Numbered from the stretch's first letter, positions 41,644 through 51,785 are shown. The stretch: 59,075 bases of DNA from Verrucomicrobiota bacterium (GCA_050015635.1 JBEKBA010000004.1:1-59075), one strand, 5' to 3'. A program made the numbers and translations. The notes: generated from the letters alone by a model not told the origin.

Positions 41644-42267
41644 ATGACTCCTGCAGCCCACAAACATCTCAAGAAGCACGATCCGATTTTCCGGCGGCTG
41701 ATTCGTGAACACGGGAAATGCGCGCTCGTGCCGGAAAAGCGCCGCTCGCCGTTCCAATCGCTCGTACAAGCGGTCGCGCACCAGCAACTCAACGGCACGG
41801 CGGCGAATACGATCCTGCAGCGATTCATAAGATTATTTCCCGGACGAAAATTTCCGCGACCGGAAGATTTGGCGAACGTGACGGATGACCAAATCCGCGC
41901 CTGCGGGTTTTCCTTCGCCAAAATCAAATCCATCCGCGACATTGCGGAAAAAACCTTGTCCGGGGTTGTGCCCGCCTCGCGGCAAATCATGAAGTTGAGC
42001 GATGACGAAATCATCGCGCGTTTGACGGAGGTTCGCGGTGTCGGGCGCTGGACGGTCGAAATGCTTTTGATTTTTCAACTGGGACGTCAGGATGTTTTGC
42101 CTGCGGACGATTTTGGCGTTCGCACCGGTTTTCGCGTCGCCTACCAAAAGCGTGATTTGCCGAAGCCAAAGGAATTGCTCGCGTTCGGCGAAAAGTGGAA
42201 ACCGCATCGAACGACCGCCGCATGGTTTCTCTGGTGTGCGGCGGACGCGGCGAAGAAAAAGAAGTGA
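41644..42267 (+). CDS. DNA-3-methyladenine glycosylase II (AlkA/HhH-GPD family)
   Basis: QQL..A, RGVGRWTVEM, LPADD and W.PHRT.A. Confidence 0.9.
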   Translation: MTPAAHKHLKKHDPIFRRLIREHGKCALVPEKRRSPFQSLVQAVAHQQLNGTAANTILQRFIRLFPGRKFPRPEDLANVTDDQIRACGFSFAKIKSIRDIAEKTLSGVVPASRQIMKLSDDEIIARLTEVRGVGRWTVEMLLIFQLGRQDVLPADDFGVRTGFRVAYQKRDLPKPKELLAFGEKWKPHRTTAAWFLWCAADAAKKKK

Positions 42268-42326
42268 CGGCGCGGGTTGTTTTGGTTACAAAATTTCCTT
42301 TGGGCGAAAATTCCGAAAACGCAAAA

Positions 42327-43223
42327 ATGAAACATTTATTGTCATTGGAAAAATTGCCGGTCGCGGATTTCGAAAAAATCCTGCGCGACTCCGCGATTTT
42401 CAAACGCGAACGAACCCGAGTTGACCGGCTGCCGCTGGGCGGACAAATCTGGGCGATCATGTTCTCCAAGTCCTCCACACGCACGCGGGTTTCGTTCGAG
42501 GTGGGCATCCGCGAACTCGGCGGAAAAGTGATTTTTCTCAACGCGAATGACATTCAACTCGGTCGCGGCGAGCCGATCAGGGATACCGCGCGCGCGCTGA
42601 AACGGATGATTCATGGCGCGGTCATCCGCACGTTCGCGCAGAGCGATGTCGAGGAGTTCGCGGAATTTTCAAAAATCCCGACCATCAACGCGCTGACCGA
42701 CGACGAACATCCATGCCAGATTCTTGCGGACATTTTCACATTCAAGGAAAAGCTCGGGCCGATTTCCGGCAAAGTCGTCACGTTCGTCGGAGACGGCGCG
42801 TGCAACGTCCCGCTGTCGTGGATTTTTGCGGCGGCAAAATTAAATTTTGAATTGCGGATTGCCGCGCCGAAAAAATTCCAGCCGTCCGCGGAAATTCTGA
42901 AACGCGCGGGCGGAAAAATTATTTGCACCGATGATTTGAAAGCCGCCGCCAAAGGCGCGGATTTGCTTTACACCGACGTTTGGGTTTCAATGGGTAAGGA
43001 AGTGGAATCCGCCGAGCGTCTGAAAATTTTAAGCGGCTATCAAATCAACCAAAAACTGGTGAAGCTGGCAAAACCGGGCGCGCTGGTGATGCACTGTCTG
43101 CCCGCGCATCACGGCAAGGAGATTGACGAGGAAACGTTTGAGGCCAATGCCGACATGATTTTCACGCAGGCAGAAAACCGGCTGCACGTGCAGAAGGCGA
43201 TATTAAATTGGGCGGTGAGTTGA
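42327..43223 (+). CDS. argF: Ornithine carbamoyltransferase
   Basis: STRTRVSF, HPCQ, DVWVSMG, HCLPA and QAENR. Confidence 0.96.
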   Translation: MKHLLSLEKLPVADFEKILRDSAIFKRERTRVDRLPLGGQIWAIMFSKSSTRTRVSFEVGIRELGGKVIFLNANDIQLGRGEPIRDTARALKRMIHGAVIRTFAQSDVEEFAEFSKIPTINALTDDEHPCQILADIFTFKEKLGPISGKVVTFVGDGACNVPLSWIFAAAKLNFELRIAAPKKFQPSAEILKRAGGKIICTDDLKAAAKGADLLYTDVWVSMGKEVESAERLKILSGYQINQKLVKLAKPGALVMHCLPAHHGKEIDEETFEANADMIFTQAENRLHVQKAILNWAVS

Positions 43224-43251
43224 CCGCCAGGACCCCAAGTGCGCCAGAAAA

Positions 43252-44055
43252 TTATTTCGCAAACTGCCGCAGGTATTTTACCGCAACTTTCAAATCCTTC
43301 GGCCACGGCGCAGTGATGGTCAAAACTTTATCCATGATTGGATATGGTAGCGTCAGTTGTTCGGCGTGGAGCGCAACGCGCGAAATCAGTGGACGTTCGG
43401 TTTTTCCTTCTTTCAATCTGTAATCGGATTTCAAACGCGAAAGCCAGAGCGGTTTGCCGCCGTAAAGTTCGTCGCCGACAATTTTCAAACCGGCGTGGCT
43501 CGCGTGAACACGAATCTGGTGGGCGCGTTCGGCAAGCGGTTCACACTTCAGCAGCGCGTAACCGCAGCGCGGGAAATTTTCCAGTACTTCAAATTTCGTT
43601 TTCGATTGCTTGCCGTTTTTTTGGTCAACGTGCATCAAGCCGATTTTGACCGGATGCGGCACGAGTCTGACATCCACTTCAAATTGGCTTTCCAGCGGTT
43701 CGCCGCGCACGAGCGCGAGATATTTTTTCTGCGGTTTTTCCGAACTGAATAAATTGGCGAGTGCAATGAGCGCGGGCTTGTTTTTCGCGAGTAGAATCAC
43801 GCCGCTTGTCTCCAAATCCAGTCGGTGCGCGTTGCTCAAGTAAGTGAGATTGCGTTCGCGCGCCCACATTTTGGAGCCGGCTATTCCGGCATGAAGCAAT
43901 TTCATCAGGCTCGGGCGATTTGCGTCATGGCGGTCGGGTGAAGTCAAAAGTTCGGCGGGTTTGTCGAGCGCGAGCAGGTGCTCGTCCTCGAAGAGAACGG
44001 GGATTTCCCAAAACTCGCGCGTGGCGGGCGAGGAAAGTTTGATGACCGCACTCAC
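43252..44055 (-). CDS. RluA family RNA pseudouridine synthase
   Basis: LDKP, HRLDLETSG, HQIRVH and LHA. Confidence 0.9.
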   Translation of the reverse strand: MSAVIKLSSPATREFWEIPVLFEDEHLLALDKPAELLTSPDRHDANRPSLMKLLHAGIAGSKMWARERNLTYLSNAHRLDLETSGVILLAKNKPALIALANLFSSEKPQKKYLALVRGEPLESQFEVDVRLVPHPVKIGLMHVDQKNGKQSKTKFEVLENFPRCGYALLKCEPLAERAHQIRVHASHAGLKIVGDELYGGKPLWLSRLKSDYRLKEGKTERPLISRVALHAEQLTLPYPIMDKVLTITAPWPKDLKVAVKYLRQFAK

Positions 44056-44059
44056 ACGG

Positions 44060-45748
44060 CTATTGGGCGGGCGCGGCACCCGTTGCGGCTGGCTGGCTGA
44101 AAATCGGCGTGTCCTTCAGCGACCGGTTGGCTTCGCGCATCAGCCACTCGTTAAATGCTTCGCTTTGACGCCTTTGGCGCAGCTCAGCGGCGAATTGCGG
44201 CATATCCGATTCCATTATGGTTTCGTCGACCGGTAGTTGTAATTGGACAAAGACGATGAAACCGCCGTCGTCCGTTTCCTGAAAACCACTGGCATCACCA
44301 ACCAGCGTCGCGAACGCGGTCTGCTTGAGTTGGCTCAATTCAGCGCGGTCACCGAGTTCGGATAATTCGCGCGTGTCCCGGGAAAAGGACGGTAGAATTT
44401 CCGGCTTGAAGCCGGCGGCAAGGCATGTTGGCGCAAAACTTTTTCCGTCGGCCAGAGCACTTGTAAGCGTGTGAACGAAATTGGCTCCGGCACGTTGTGC
44501 GAGCAGAGTCGCTGCATGTAATTGAAAATCCTGCGTGACGCGGGCGCTGATTTGTTCGAGCGAAGGAATTTCGCTGGGCAGTTGTCCGGCAAAGGCGATC
44601 ACATACACGCCGTCCGGTCCGACGATTGGACTGGAAAACGGCTCGTCCGTCGAAAGTCCAAAGGCAGTTTTGGTGAAACCTTCCGGCGCGGTGAACTCCG
44701 CCGGGCCGTATTGGCTGTCGAACGGCGCGGTGACATGAACGGCCAATCCTTTTTGTTTGGCGACAATGGCGAGGTTCTCCGGTTTGGCCGGGTCTAAATT
44801 GAAAACGGCGTTGGCAAATTCATCCGCCTGCGTGCGCGCGGCGGCCAGGGCGTGCTGCCGGATCAAAATTTCACGGATTTTGGCCTTCGCGGCCTCGGGC
44901 GTTTTCTCCTCTGGAAAAGCCTGCGCGCCGTATTGGTTGTAAACCGCGTCAACCTGTTCATCGAAATTTGTCTTTGCCCATTCCGCCTTCGATTGCGCGA
45001 GAAAATTTGTGATGTTGAACTCGACGTAACTGACCTGCACACGGTCCGGCAAACGGTAGGCCGCCAGGTAATTCGTGTAAAACTGTGCGACGGCGTCGGG
45101 CGTGATGGCGACTTGCGACAAATAGTTCGACGCAGAGAAGAAAACGATTTGCGCGGAAAGTTCCTGATGCTCGCGCCGGTAAGCCATGGCGGCTTCCTGC
45201 GGCGTGACCAATTCGCCGGTCAGCCCCATCGCTTGTTGCAACTGCTCGATGACCAGGTCGTGCCGGGCAAAATTTTCAAAGTCAGCCGCATCCAGACCTT
45301 CCGGTTGCAGAACCTGTTTCACAAAAGTGTCAAGCGGCACGCTTTCGCCGTTGAACCTTAACGCGCGAATCAGTTCTGGCGAATCCAGAATTCTATTGGC
45401 CGCCGTCACCACCGCATCGTCGGTGACGTAAATGTCCAAGTCATCCGCCTTTTGGATGAGCATCAGGCGTGCATAAATCTGGCGCTCCAGATTTTCCTCG
45501 GAAAAATTCGGATCCTGGTCCGGCCACGCACCGTAATTAAAAAGGTGGTAAATATAAACTTCGTGTCGCATATCGGTATAGGCGGTCGGTGTGACTTTTA
45601 TTCCGTTGATTGAACCCAAATCATCGGGGCTACGCGCACCACCGCTGCCCATGCGCGAACTGGGCGAGAAGAAGAATAAAAATGAAATAACCGTGAGACT
45701 TAAGGCGACGATCAAAATCCAATTGTGCTTTCTAAAAAATCTAAACAT
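44060..45748 (-). CDS. SurA N-terminal domain / PpiD-like periplasmic chaperone
   Basis: MF.FFRKH + TM anchor, G.ING.K and Y.LPDRVQVSYV PpiD-like layout. Confidence 0.75.
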   Translation of the reverse strand: MFRFFRKHNWILIVALSLTVISFLFFFSPSSRMGSGGARSPDDLGSINGIKVTPTAYTDMRHEVYIYHLFNYGAWPDQDPNFSEENLERQIYARLMLIQKADDLDIYVTDDAVVTAANRILDSPELIRALRFNGESVPLDTFVKQVLQPEGLDAADFENFARHDLVIEQLQQAMGLTGELVTPQEAAMAYRREHQELSAQIVFFSASNYLSQVAITPDAVAQFYTNYLAAYRLPDRVQVSYVEFNITNFLAQSKAEWAKTNFDEQVDAVYNQYGAQAFPEEKTPEAAKAKIREILIRQHALAAARTQADEFANAVFNLDPAKPENLAIVAKQKGLAVHVTAPFDSQYGPAEFTAPEGFTKTAFGLSTDEPFSSPIVGPDGVYVIAFAGQLPSEIPSLEQISARVTQDFQLHAATLLAQRAGANFVHTLTSALADGKSFAPTCLAAGFKPEILPSFSRDTRELSELGDRAELSQLKQTAFATLVGDASGFQETDDGGFIVFVQLQLPVDETIMESDMPQFAAELRQRRQSEAFNEWLMREANRSLKDTPIFSQPAATGAAPAQ

Positions 45749-45811
45749 AAATTTGAGAAAGTGTAGCGTAACCAGCCCCGCCAATCAGGGTCAAACCAAA
45801 AGCGTGGAACT

Positions 45812-46804
45812 TCAGCCCGCCTTCAGCCACTTCGCCGCGTCCGCCGCCGCGTAAGTGATTAAAATGTCCGCGCCCGCCCTCCTCATCGCCAGCAAACTTT
45901 CCAGCGTCACCGCGCGTTCGTCAATCCAGTCGCGCGCCGCCGCCGCTTTGATCATCGCGTGTTCCGCGCTCACGGCGTAAGCAGCGGTAGGATGGCCGAA
46001 TTCGGTTTTGACGCGATGAATCAAATCAAGATACGCCAGCGCCGGTTTGACCATCACGATGTCTGCGCCTTCCTGAATGTCCAGCGCGACCTCGCGCAAC
46101 GCCTCGCGCGCGTTCGCCGCGTCCATCTGGTAACTGCGCCGGTCGCCGAATTTTGGCGCGGACTCGGCGGCTTCGCGGAATGGCCCGTAAAATGCCGACG
46201 CAAATTTTGCTGCATAAGACATGAGCGGCGTTTCCGAAAAACCATTCTTGTCCAACGCTGTGCGAATCGCGCGCACGCGACCATCCATCATATCGCTCGG
46301 CGCGACGATGTCCGCGCCCGCCTCGGCGTGGCTCAAAGCTGTTTGCGCAAGAAGTTTCAATGTCGGATCGTTTAAAATTTTTCCGCGCGAAACGACGCCG
46401 CAATGCCCGTGCTCCATGTATGCGCACAGGCAAACGTCCGTGATGACGAGCAGCGACGGCAATTCCTTTTTCAGCAGCCGCACGGTTTGCTGTACGACAC
46501 CGTTTTTTGCGAACGCGCCGTTGGCCTTTGCGTCTTTTTTGTCGGGTATGCCAAAAAGCAAAACCGCCGGAACGCCGAGCGCGTGGACGCGCGCGGCCTC
46601 GCGCAAAAGTTCGTCGGGCGAAAGTTGGAAAACCCCCGGCATGGAATTGATGGGATGGCGCAATTTTTTCCCGGGGCGAACAAACAGCGGCAAAACGAGT
46701 TGCTCAACGCTCAAATGCGTTTCGGAAACAAGTTTCCGCAGCGCCGCCGATTGCCGCAAACGGCGAGGGCGACACACCGGGAATTGTCCGACGTGCAAAT
46801 TCAC
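45812..46804 (-). CDS. hemB: Porphobilinogen synthase
   Basis: RPRRLR, DVCLC.Y..HGHCG, PSDMMDGR, SAFYGPFR and MVKPA. Confidence 0.96.
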   Translation of the reverse strand: MNLHVGQFPVCRPRRLRQSAALRKLVSETHLSVEQLVLPLFVRPGKKLRHPINSMPGVFQLSPDELLREAARVHALGVPAVLLFGIPDKKDAKANGAFAKNGVVQQTVRLLKKELPSLLVITDVCLCAYMEHGHCGVVSRGKILNDPTLKLLAQTALSHAEAGADIVAPSDMMDGRVRAIRTALDKNGFSETPLMSYAAKFASAFYGPFREAAESAPKFGDRRSYQMDAANAREALREVALDIQEGADIVMVKPALAYLDLIHRVKTEFGHPTAAYAVSAEHAMIKAAAARDWIDERAVTLESLLAMRRAGADILITYAAADAAKWLKAG

Positions 46805-46950
46805 GAACCTATTCTAGTTTCAAAGCCGAAAGTGCAAAGCGCAAAGTAGTAATAAGAGATCGTTTAATCGTGGAACACTTTGTCGTGAAATATTATTGGA
46901 GTCACAATTTTTGACTCTGCGCTTGTCAAAAAAACTATCCAGAAAAGTTA

Positions 46951-46990
46951 AACACGGATTCAATCGGTGAAAATCCGTGCAATTCGCGTC
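46951..46990. repeat. 9-10-mer tandem/inverted repeat element
   Basis: CACGGATT...AATCGGTGAAAATCCGTGCAATTCGCGTC; related to 28260-28320 and 48946-49006. Confidence 0.5.
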
Positions 46991-47038
46991 AAAATTCTTC
47001 CGGCTTTGCATTTAGCGGAATTAAATTACATTTCCGCC

Positions 47039-47665
47039 ATGCGGCGGTTGAAGCAGATTTTCTGGCTGGCGGCGACGCTCTTTATTTTCTTTATGGGTGT
47101 CTGGCTCGGCTTCAAGTTGATGCATTGGACGGAATTAGGTTCGGGTTTGCATGAGGAAAATACCGCGACGGTCGTCGAGCAGATTCAAACATTGTCGGAT
47201 CTGGTTACGGTCAAATACGTCCTCGAAAAGGTCGTCGTGCTTGAAGACACGAAATGGTATGGCGAGAACCGCGTGCTGCTGCTCGCGCACGGCATCGTGA
47301 AGGCAGGCATTGATTTGCAACGGCTCAAGCCGGAGGACGTGACCATAGCCGGCAAAAAGATCACCATTCATCTGCCGCCACCGCAAATCACCGATGCGTA
47401 TCTGGACGACCAGCAAACGCGCGTGATTGACCATACGACGGGCTTGTTGCGCTCATTTGACAAAGACCTTGAGCAGACCGCACGTGCCAATGCTGTGGAC
47501 GACATTCGCCGCGCGGCGCGGTTGAACGGAATTTTGAAGGACGCGGATGAGCGGGCGCAATTGGAGCTCGCCCTGTTTCTGCGCCAGGCGGGCTTTGAGC
47601 GCGTGGAATTCACCGGAATAAATCCGTCCCCACTTCTGAATCCCACGCGCGAAGGCGTGCCCTAA
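47039..47665 (+). CDS. DUF4230-like membrane-anchored protein
   Basis: N-terminal TM helix, G.VKAGIDL and LPPPQI. Confidence 0.85.
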   Translation: MRRLKQIFWLAATLFIFFMGVWLGFKLMHWTELGSGLHEENTATVVEQIQTLSDLVTVKYVLEKVVVLEDTKWYGENRVLLLAHGIVKAGIDLQRLKPEDVTIAGKKITIHLPPPQITDAYLDDQQTRVIDHTTGLLRSFDKDLEQTARANAVDDIRRAARLNGILKDADERAQLELALFLRQAGFERVEFTGINPSPLLNPTREGVP

Positions 47666-47667
47666 TT

Positions 47668-47889
47668 TTAGTCAGCGTGTGTGATTTTGATGGGCTGCGG
47701 GATTTCGGCCTTTGCATCACGTTGAACGGTGACGTGCAGCCGCTGCCGCGCCGCGGAGATTTTCAAGCCGTGCGCGCGCATCTGCATCAAATAGAGCGCG
47801 CTCCCCTGCGGCGCCGGTTGCCGGTGGGGTATGGGCGCGTTGTTCCGGATTTCCTGCGAGATTTTTTGGGCGTTTATATTCTTGGCCAT
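47668..47889 (-). CDS. Small basic hypothetical protein (73 aa) with a sigma54-type promoter
   Basis: MAKNINAQKISQEI...YLMQMRAHGL; consensus -24/-12 element immediately upstream. Confidence 0.6.
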   Translation of the reverse strand: MAKNINAQKISQEIRNNAPIPHRQPAPQGSALYLMQMRAHGLKISAARQRLHVTVQRDAKAEIPQPIKITHAD

Positions 47890-47900
47890 GAAATGAACAC

Positions 47901-47916
47901 TGCAATTCATGTGCCA
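47901..47916 (-). promoter_or_regulatory. Sigma54 (-24/-12) promoter
   Basis: Minus strand TGGCAC-ATGAA-TTGCA, an exact consensus with correct spacing. Confidence 0.8.
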
Positions 47917-47953
47917 GAAAACGATCGTTTTGCGCGTATGGGAATGACCCGGC

Positions 47954-48922
47954 CTAATCCAACCCGCCGGCCTTGCGCGCCCGCTGCAAAACTGTTTGGG
48001 CCAATGTTCGGGCTTTGATTGCGCCATCGGCGAGGACATCGTTTACATAATCCAAATTCGCCACGAGTTCCGCGCGTTTTTTACGCTGATTTTCAAAACA
48101 ACCCCAGTAGCATTCAAAAAGAGCTGTTTTCAAACTGCCGTAACCAAGTTCACTGCCGTTACGCAAACGATTTTCCCACTCATTTGCGAGACTCGATGGA
48201 GCGACGAGTTTCAGGAGTTGCAATACGATATTTTTTTCCGCATCAGGTTTTGGCTCGACTGGCGGACGCGAGTCCGTCTTGATGCCCATGATTTTTTTGC
48301 GAATGGCTTTTTCGTCGCCGAAAATTTCAATCGTGTTGCCGTAACTTTTGCTCATTTTCTGACCGTCCGTACCGGGCACAACAGCGACTTCATCGCGGAT
48401 TTGCGGTTCAGGAATCACAAATGTCTGGCCGTATTGCTCATTGAACTTGATGGCGATGTCGCGCGTCATCTCGACATGTTGTTTCTGGTCGCGCCCGACG
48501 GGAACAATGTTGGAGTCGTAAATCAAAATGTCCGCCGCCATCAAAACCGGATACGCGAACAGGCCGTGGCTTGGCGCGATGCCCTTGGTGGTTTTGTCTT
48601 TGTAGCTGTGCGCGCGTTCAAGCAAACCCATCGGCGTGACAGTCGAGAGCAACCACGAAAGTTCCGTGACTTCCGGCACGTCGGATTGTTTGAAGAAAAC
48701 GGATTTCTTCGGATCAAGGCCGCACGCGAGAAAGTCCAGCGCCACGTCCAGGGTGTTTTTGCGACGTTCGCCCGCGTCAAACAGTGACGTCATCGAATGA
48801 TAATCCGCGATGAAATAAAACGCCTCGCCCTTTTCCTGAAGCTCGATGGCCGGACGCATCATCCCGAAATAATTTCCAAGATGCAGCGCGCCTGAAGGTT
48901 GGATGCCTGACAAAATTCGCAT
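47954..48922 (-). CDS. trpS: Tryptophan--tRNA ligase
   Basis: SGIQPSG.LHLGNY, YPVLMAADIL, VPVG.DQ and KMSKS. Confidence 0.97.
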   Translation of the reverse strand: MRILSGIQPSGALHLGNYFGMMRPAIELQEKGEAFYFIADYHSMTSLFDAGERRKNTLDVALDFLACGLDPKKSVFFKQSDVPEVTELSWLLSTVTPMGLLERAHSYKDKTTKGIAPSHGLFAYPVLMAADILIYDSNIVPVGRDQKQHVEMTRDIAIKFNEQYGQTFVIPEPQIRDEVAVVPGTDGQKMSKSYGNTIEIFGDEKAIRKKIMGIKTDSRPPVEPKPDAEKNIVLQLLKLVAPSSLANEWENRLRNGSELGYGSLKTALFECYWGCFENQRKKRAELVANLDYVNDVLADGAIKARTLAQTVLQRARKAGGLD

Positions 48923-48945
48923 GGGCAAAAGATAAAAAAAATGGG

Positions 48946-49006
48946 CACGGATTGCACTGATTTTTGCGGATTCAAATTTCCGTCCGTGTTAGTCTGTGAA
49001 ATCAGT
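48946..49006. repeat. Inverted 9-mer repeat hairpin
   Basis: CACGGATTG CACTGATTT ... TCCGTGTTA GTCTGTGAA ATCAGTG; CACTGATTT pairs with AAATCAGTG. Confidence 0.55.
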
Positions 49007-50078
49007 GTCTCAACAAAATTCCCGCTTTTACTTCCCAACGCTGCAAATCCTTTCCAAGTTCACCCGGCCAGTTTTCCTCGGTGGCGGTCATAAAGACTTG
49101 CCCGCTCGTTTTGCGCGTGTGCTCGAGCAAAGGCAAAAATCCACCACGGCGCTTCAAATCCAGTTCACCCATCACGTCGTCAATCAGCAAAATTGGTGGC
49201 GAGCCATGAATGCCGGCAAGATATTCCGCCTGCGCCATTTTCAACGCGATGGCCAGCGTGCGTTTCTGGCCTTCACTGCCGAACTGCGCGGCGGATTTTT
49301 CGTTGAGCAGCAACTGCAAATCGTCGCGGTGCGGGCCGACGAGCGTGGAGCGGAAAGTTCTTTCCCGTGTCCGTGACTGCGCCAGTTCCACCGCAAAATC
49401 ATTTTTCACGCTTGGTTGATATTCGATTCTCAATTCCTCAGCGTCATTGGAAATGCGGCGATACGCCAATCGCGCGAGCGGTGAAAATTTCGGCGCCAGC
49501 TCACGGCGCGTGCGGATGATTTCATTGCCGGCATGGACGAGTTCGCGCGAAAAACTGTCGAGCGTGGCTTCATCGGTGGACCGTTGCTTGAGCAGCGCGT
49601 TGCGGGCGCGAACGGTGTGCATGTAACGCTGGAGCAGCGGTAGATAACCTGGCTGCGTCTGCGCGAGCAGCAAATCAAGAAACCGCCGCCGCGCGCGCGC
49701 CGCGCCTTTGACGAGCTGCAAATCTTCCGTGCAAAAAACAACCGTTCGCAGCGTTCCGAGATAATCCGCCAGCTTTTTCACCGGCTGGCCATCGAGCGAA
49801 AGATTCCGTTCGCGCGCCGACCAGTACATTTTGATTTTATATCCGCCCTGGCCGGTGACGTTGCCGCCGACGAAATATCCGCGCTGGCCGTGCCGGACCA
49901 TCTGTGCACCGCCGACACCCCGAAACGACCGCAGCGTGGCCATGAGATAAATCGCTTCAAGAATGTTCGTCTTGCCCTGCGCGTTGTCACCGAGCAGCAG
50001 ATGAAGACCGGGCGCAAAATCCGCGTCCAACCGCGCGTGATTGCGGAAGTCCCGGAGCCGCAGATGGGCCAGATGCAC
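49002..50078 (-). CDS. recF: DNA replication/repair protein RecF
   Basis: FRN, GDNAQGKTNILEA, GPHRDD, SEGQ and LLIDDV. Confidence 0.95.
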   Translation of the reverse strand: MHLAHLRLRDFRNHARLDADFAPGLHLLLGDNAQGKTNILEAIYLMATLRSFRGVGGAQMVRHGQRGYFVGGNVTGQGGYKIKMYWSARERNLSLDGQPVKKLADYLGTLRTVVFCTEDLQLVKGAARARRRFLDLLLAQTQPGYLPLLQRYMHTVRARNALLKQRSTDEATLDSFSRELVHAGNEIIRTRRELAPKFSPLARLAYRRISNDAEELRIEYQPSVKNDFAVELAQSRTRERTFRSTLVGPHRDDLQLLLNEKSAAQFGSEGQKRTLAIALKMAQAEYLAGIHGSPPILLIDDVMGELDLKRRGGFLPLLEHTRKTSGQVFMTATEENWPGELGKDLQRWEVKAGILLRH

Positions 50079-50180
50079 GCGTAGAAAATGAATTGTAAAA
50101 AATCCGTCGGCGAGTTTTTTCGGAAAAATCAAATTGCCGCCGACGTGTTGTGATTCCCGCTTTCATTTGGGCGTTGAAAA

Positions 50181-51785
50181 ATGTTTCATCTGCCAATGGT
50201 TCCGTGTGTGATTTTTGAAGACGAGCATTTACTGGTGGTTCACAAGCCAGCCGGTTGGAACACGCACGCGCCTGGTCCGCAAGCCGGTGAGGGTATTTAT
50301 GACTGGCTGCGGCATCGTGAACCGCGCTGGGACTCGCTGGCCATTCTGCACCGGCTCGATAAGGAAACCAGCGGCGTGCTGGTCTTCGGCAAAACGTCGC
50401 TCGCCAACCGCTCGCTCACGGAACAATTCACGGAACGACGCGTCCGCAAAAAATATCTTCTGCTCACCGACCACGATGCGCCGAAAAAAGAATTCACGGT
50501 TAAAACCGTGCTGGTGCGCGTTGGTGAAAAATATGTGAGCCGTCCGCCGCACGCGGGCGGGGAAATCGCGGAAACAAGATTTCAACTCGCGCCGGATTCA
50601 AAACTCAAAACCGTGATTGCGGAGCCGTTCACTGGCCGCACGCACCAAATCCGCGTTCACGCGGCGGAGAGCGGATTTCCGATTCTAGGCGACACACTTT
50701 ACGGCGGCGCACCGGCGGCGCGCGTATTTTTGCACGCGGCGGAAATTTCCTTCGCGCATCCGATCACAGGCAATCCGGTGACGTTTCACGCGCCCGCAAA
50801 TTTCGAAGCCGATTCACGCGTTGCTTTGCGCACGGCCATCATCGAGCCAGACGCCATGAATGCCTTCCGTCTGATTCACGCCGCGGGCGACGGCTGGCCG
50901 GGATGGTATGTCGAGCGGCTCGGTGATTTTCTGCTCTCACAATCCGAATCGCCTTTGAGCGCAAAGCAGAGCAAAGAATTGTCGCGGCTCGCAAAAAACT
51001 TTTCCGCGCGCGGTATATATCACAAAATTCTGTCGCGCCAGGTCCGCCGTTCCACCACGACCGAATCTTCACCGCAACTTGTTTCTGGTGAAGCCGCGCC
51101 GGAGCGGTTTGAAATTTGCGAGAACGGCGTCCGGTTCGAAACGAGCTTCAACGAAGGCTATTCCGTCGGCTTGTTTTTGGATCAACGCGACAATCGCCGC
51201 CGTTTTCTCACCGGTCACATTGCCGCCGGTTTTCCTTTGCTCAATTCCCAGACCCCGGACAGCAGTCCCGAACTCCTAAATTGTTTTGCCTACACCTGCG
51301 GTTTCTCGGTTTGCGCGGCAAAAGCGGGCGCGCGGACGACGAGCCTCGACCTCTCGAAAAAATATCTCGAATGGGGAAAACGCAACTTTGCGCTGAACGG
51401 CCTCGACCCGGCGGCGCACGATTTCATTTACGGCGACGCTTTCGACTGGCTACGGCGGCTGGCGAAGAAAGGCCGCGCGTTCGACGCCGTGGTGCTCGAC
51501 CCGCCGACGTTTTCACAATCGAAGGAACACGGCGCGTTTCGCGCTGAAAAAGATTACGGCAAACTCATGGCCGCCGCGCTGCCGCTGGTGAAGCCGGGCG
51601 GAGTTTTATTCGCCTCGACGAATGCGGCGGACTGGCCGCCAGAGAAATTTCTCGCGGACGTGGAAGCGGCGGTTCATGCCGCTAAACGGAAAATTCTGCA
51701 ACGACATTACGTCCCGCAACCGCCGGATTTCCCCATCAGCCGCGCCGAGCCAGCGTATTTGAAAACGGTGTGGTTAAGAGTTTGA
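50181..51785 (+). CDS. Fusion: RluA-type pseudouridine synthase + RlmI/RlmK-like SAM methyltransferase
   Basis: HRLDKETSG and GRTHQIRVH, then GLFLDQRDNR, LNCFAYTCGFS, DLS and LDPPTF; start may be 50196. Confidence 0.88.
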   Translation: MFHLPMVPCVIFEDEHLLVVHKPAGWNTHAPGPQAGEGIYDWLRHREPRWDSLAILHRLDKETSGVLVFGKTSLANRSLTEQFTERRVRKKYLLLTDHDAPKKEFTVKTVLVRVGEKYVSRPPHAGGEIAETRFQLAPDSKLKTVIAEPFTGRTHQIRVHAAESGFPILGDTLYGGAPAARVFLHAAEISFAHPITGNPVTFHAPANFEADSRVALRTAIIEPDAMNAFRLIHAAGDGWPGWYVERLGDFLLSQSESPLSAKQSKELSRLAKNFSARGIYHKILSRQVRRSTTTESSPQLVSGEAAPERFEICENGVRFETSFNEGYSVGLFLDQRDNRRRFLTGHIAAGFPLLNSQTPDSSPELLNCFAYTCGFSVCAAKAGARTTSLDLSKKYLEWGKRNFALNGLDPAAHDFIYGDAFDWLRRLAKKGRAFDAVVLDPPTFSQSKEHGAFRAEKDYGKLMAAALPLVKPGGVLFASTNAADWPPEKFLADVEAAVHAAKRKILQRHYVPQPPDFPISRAEPAYLKTVWLRV

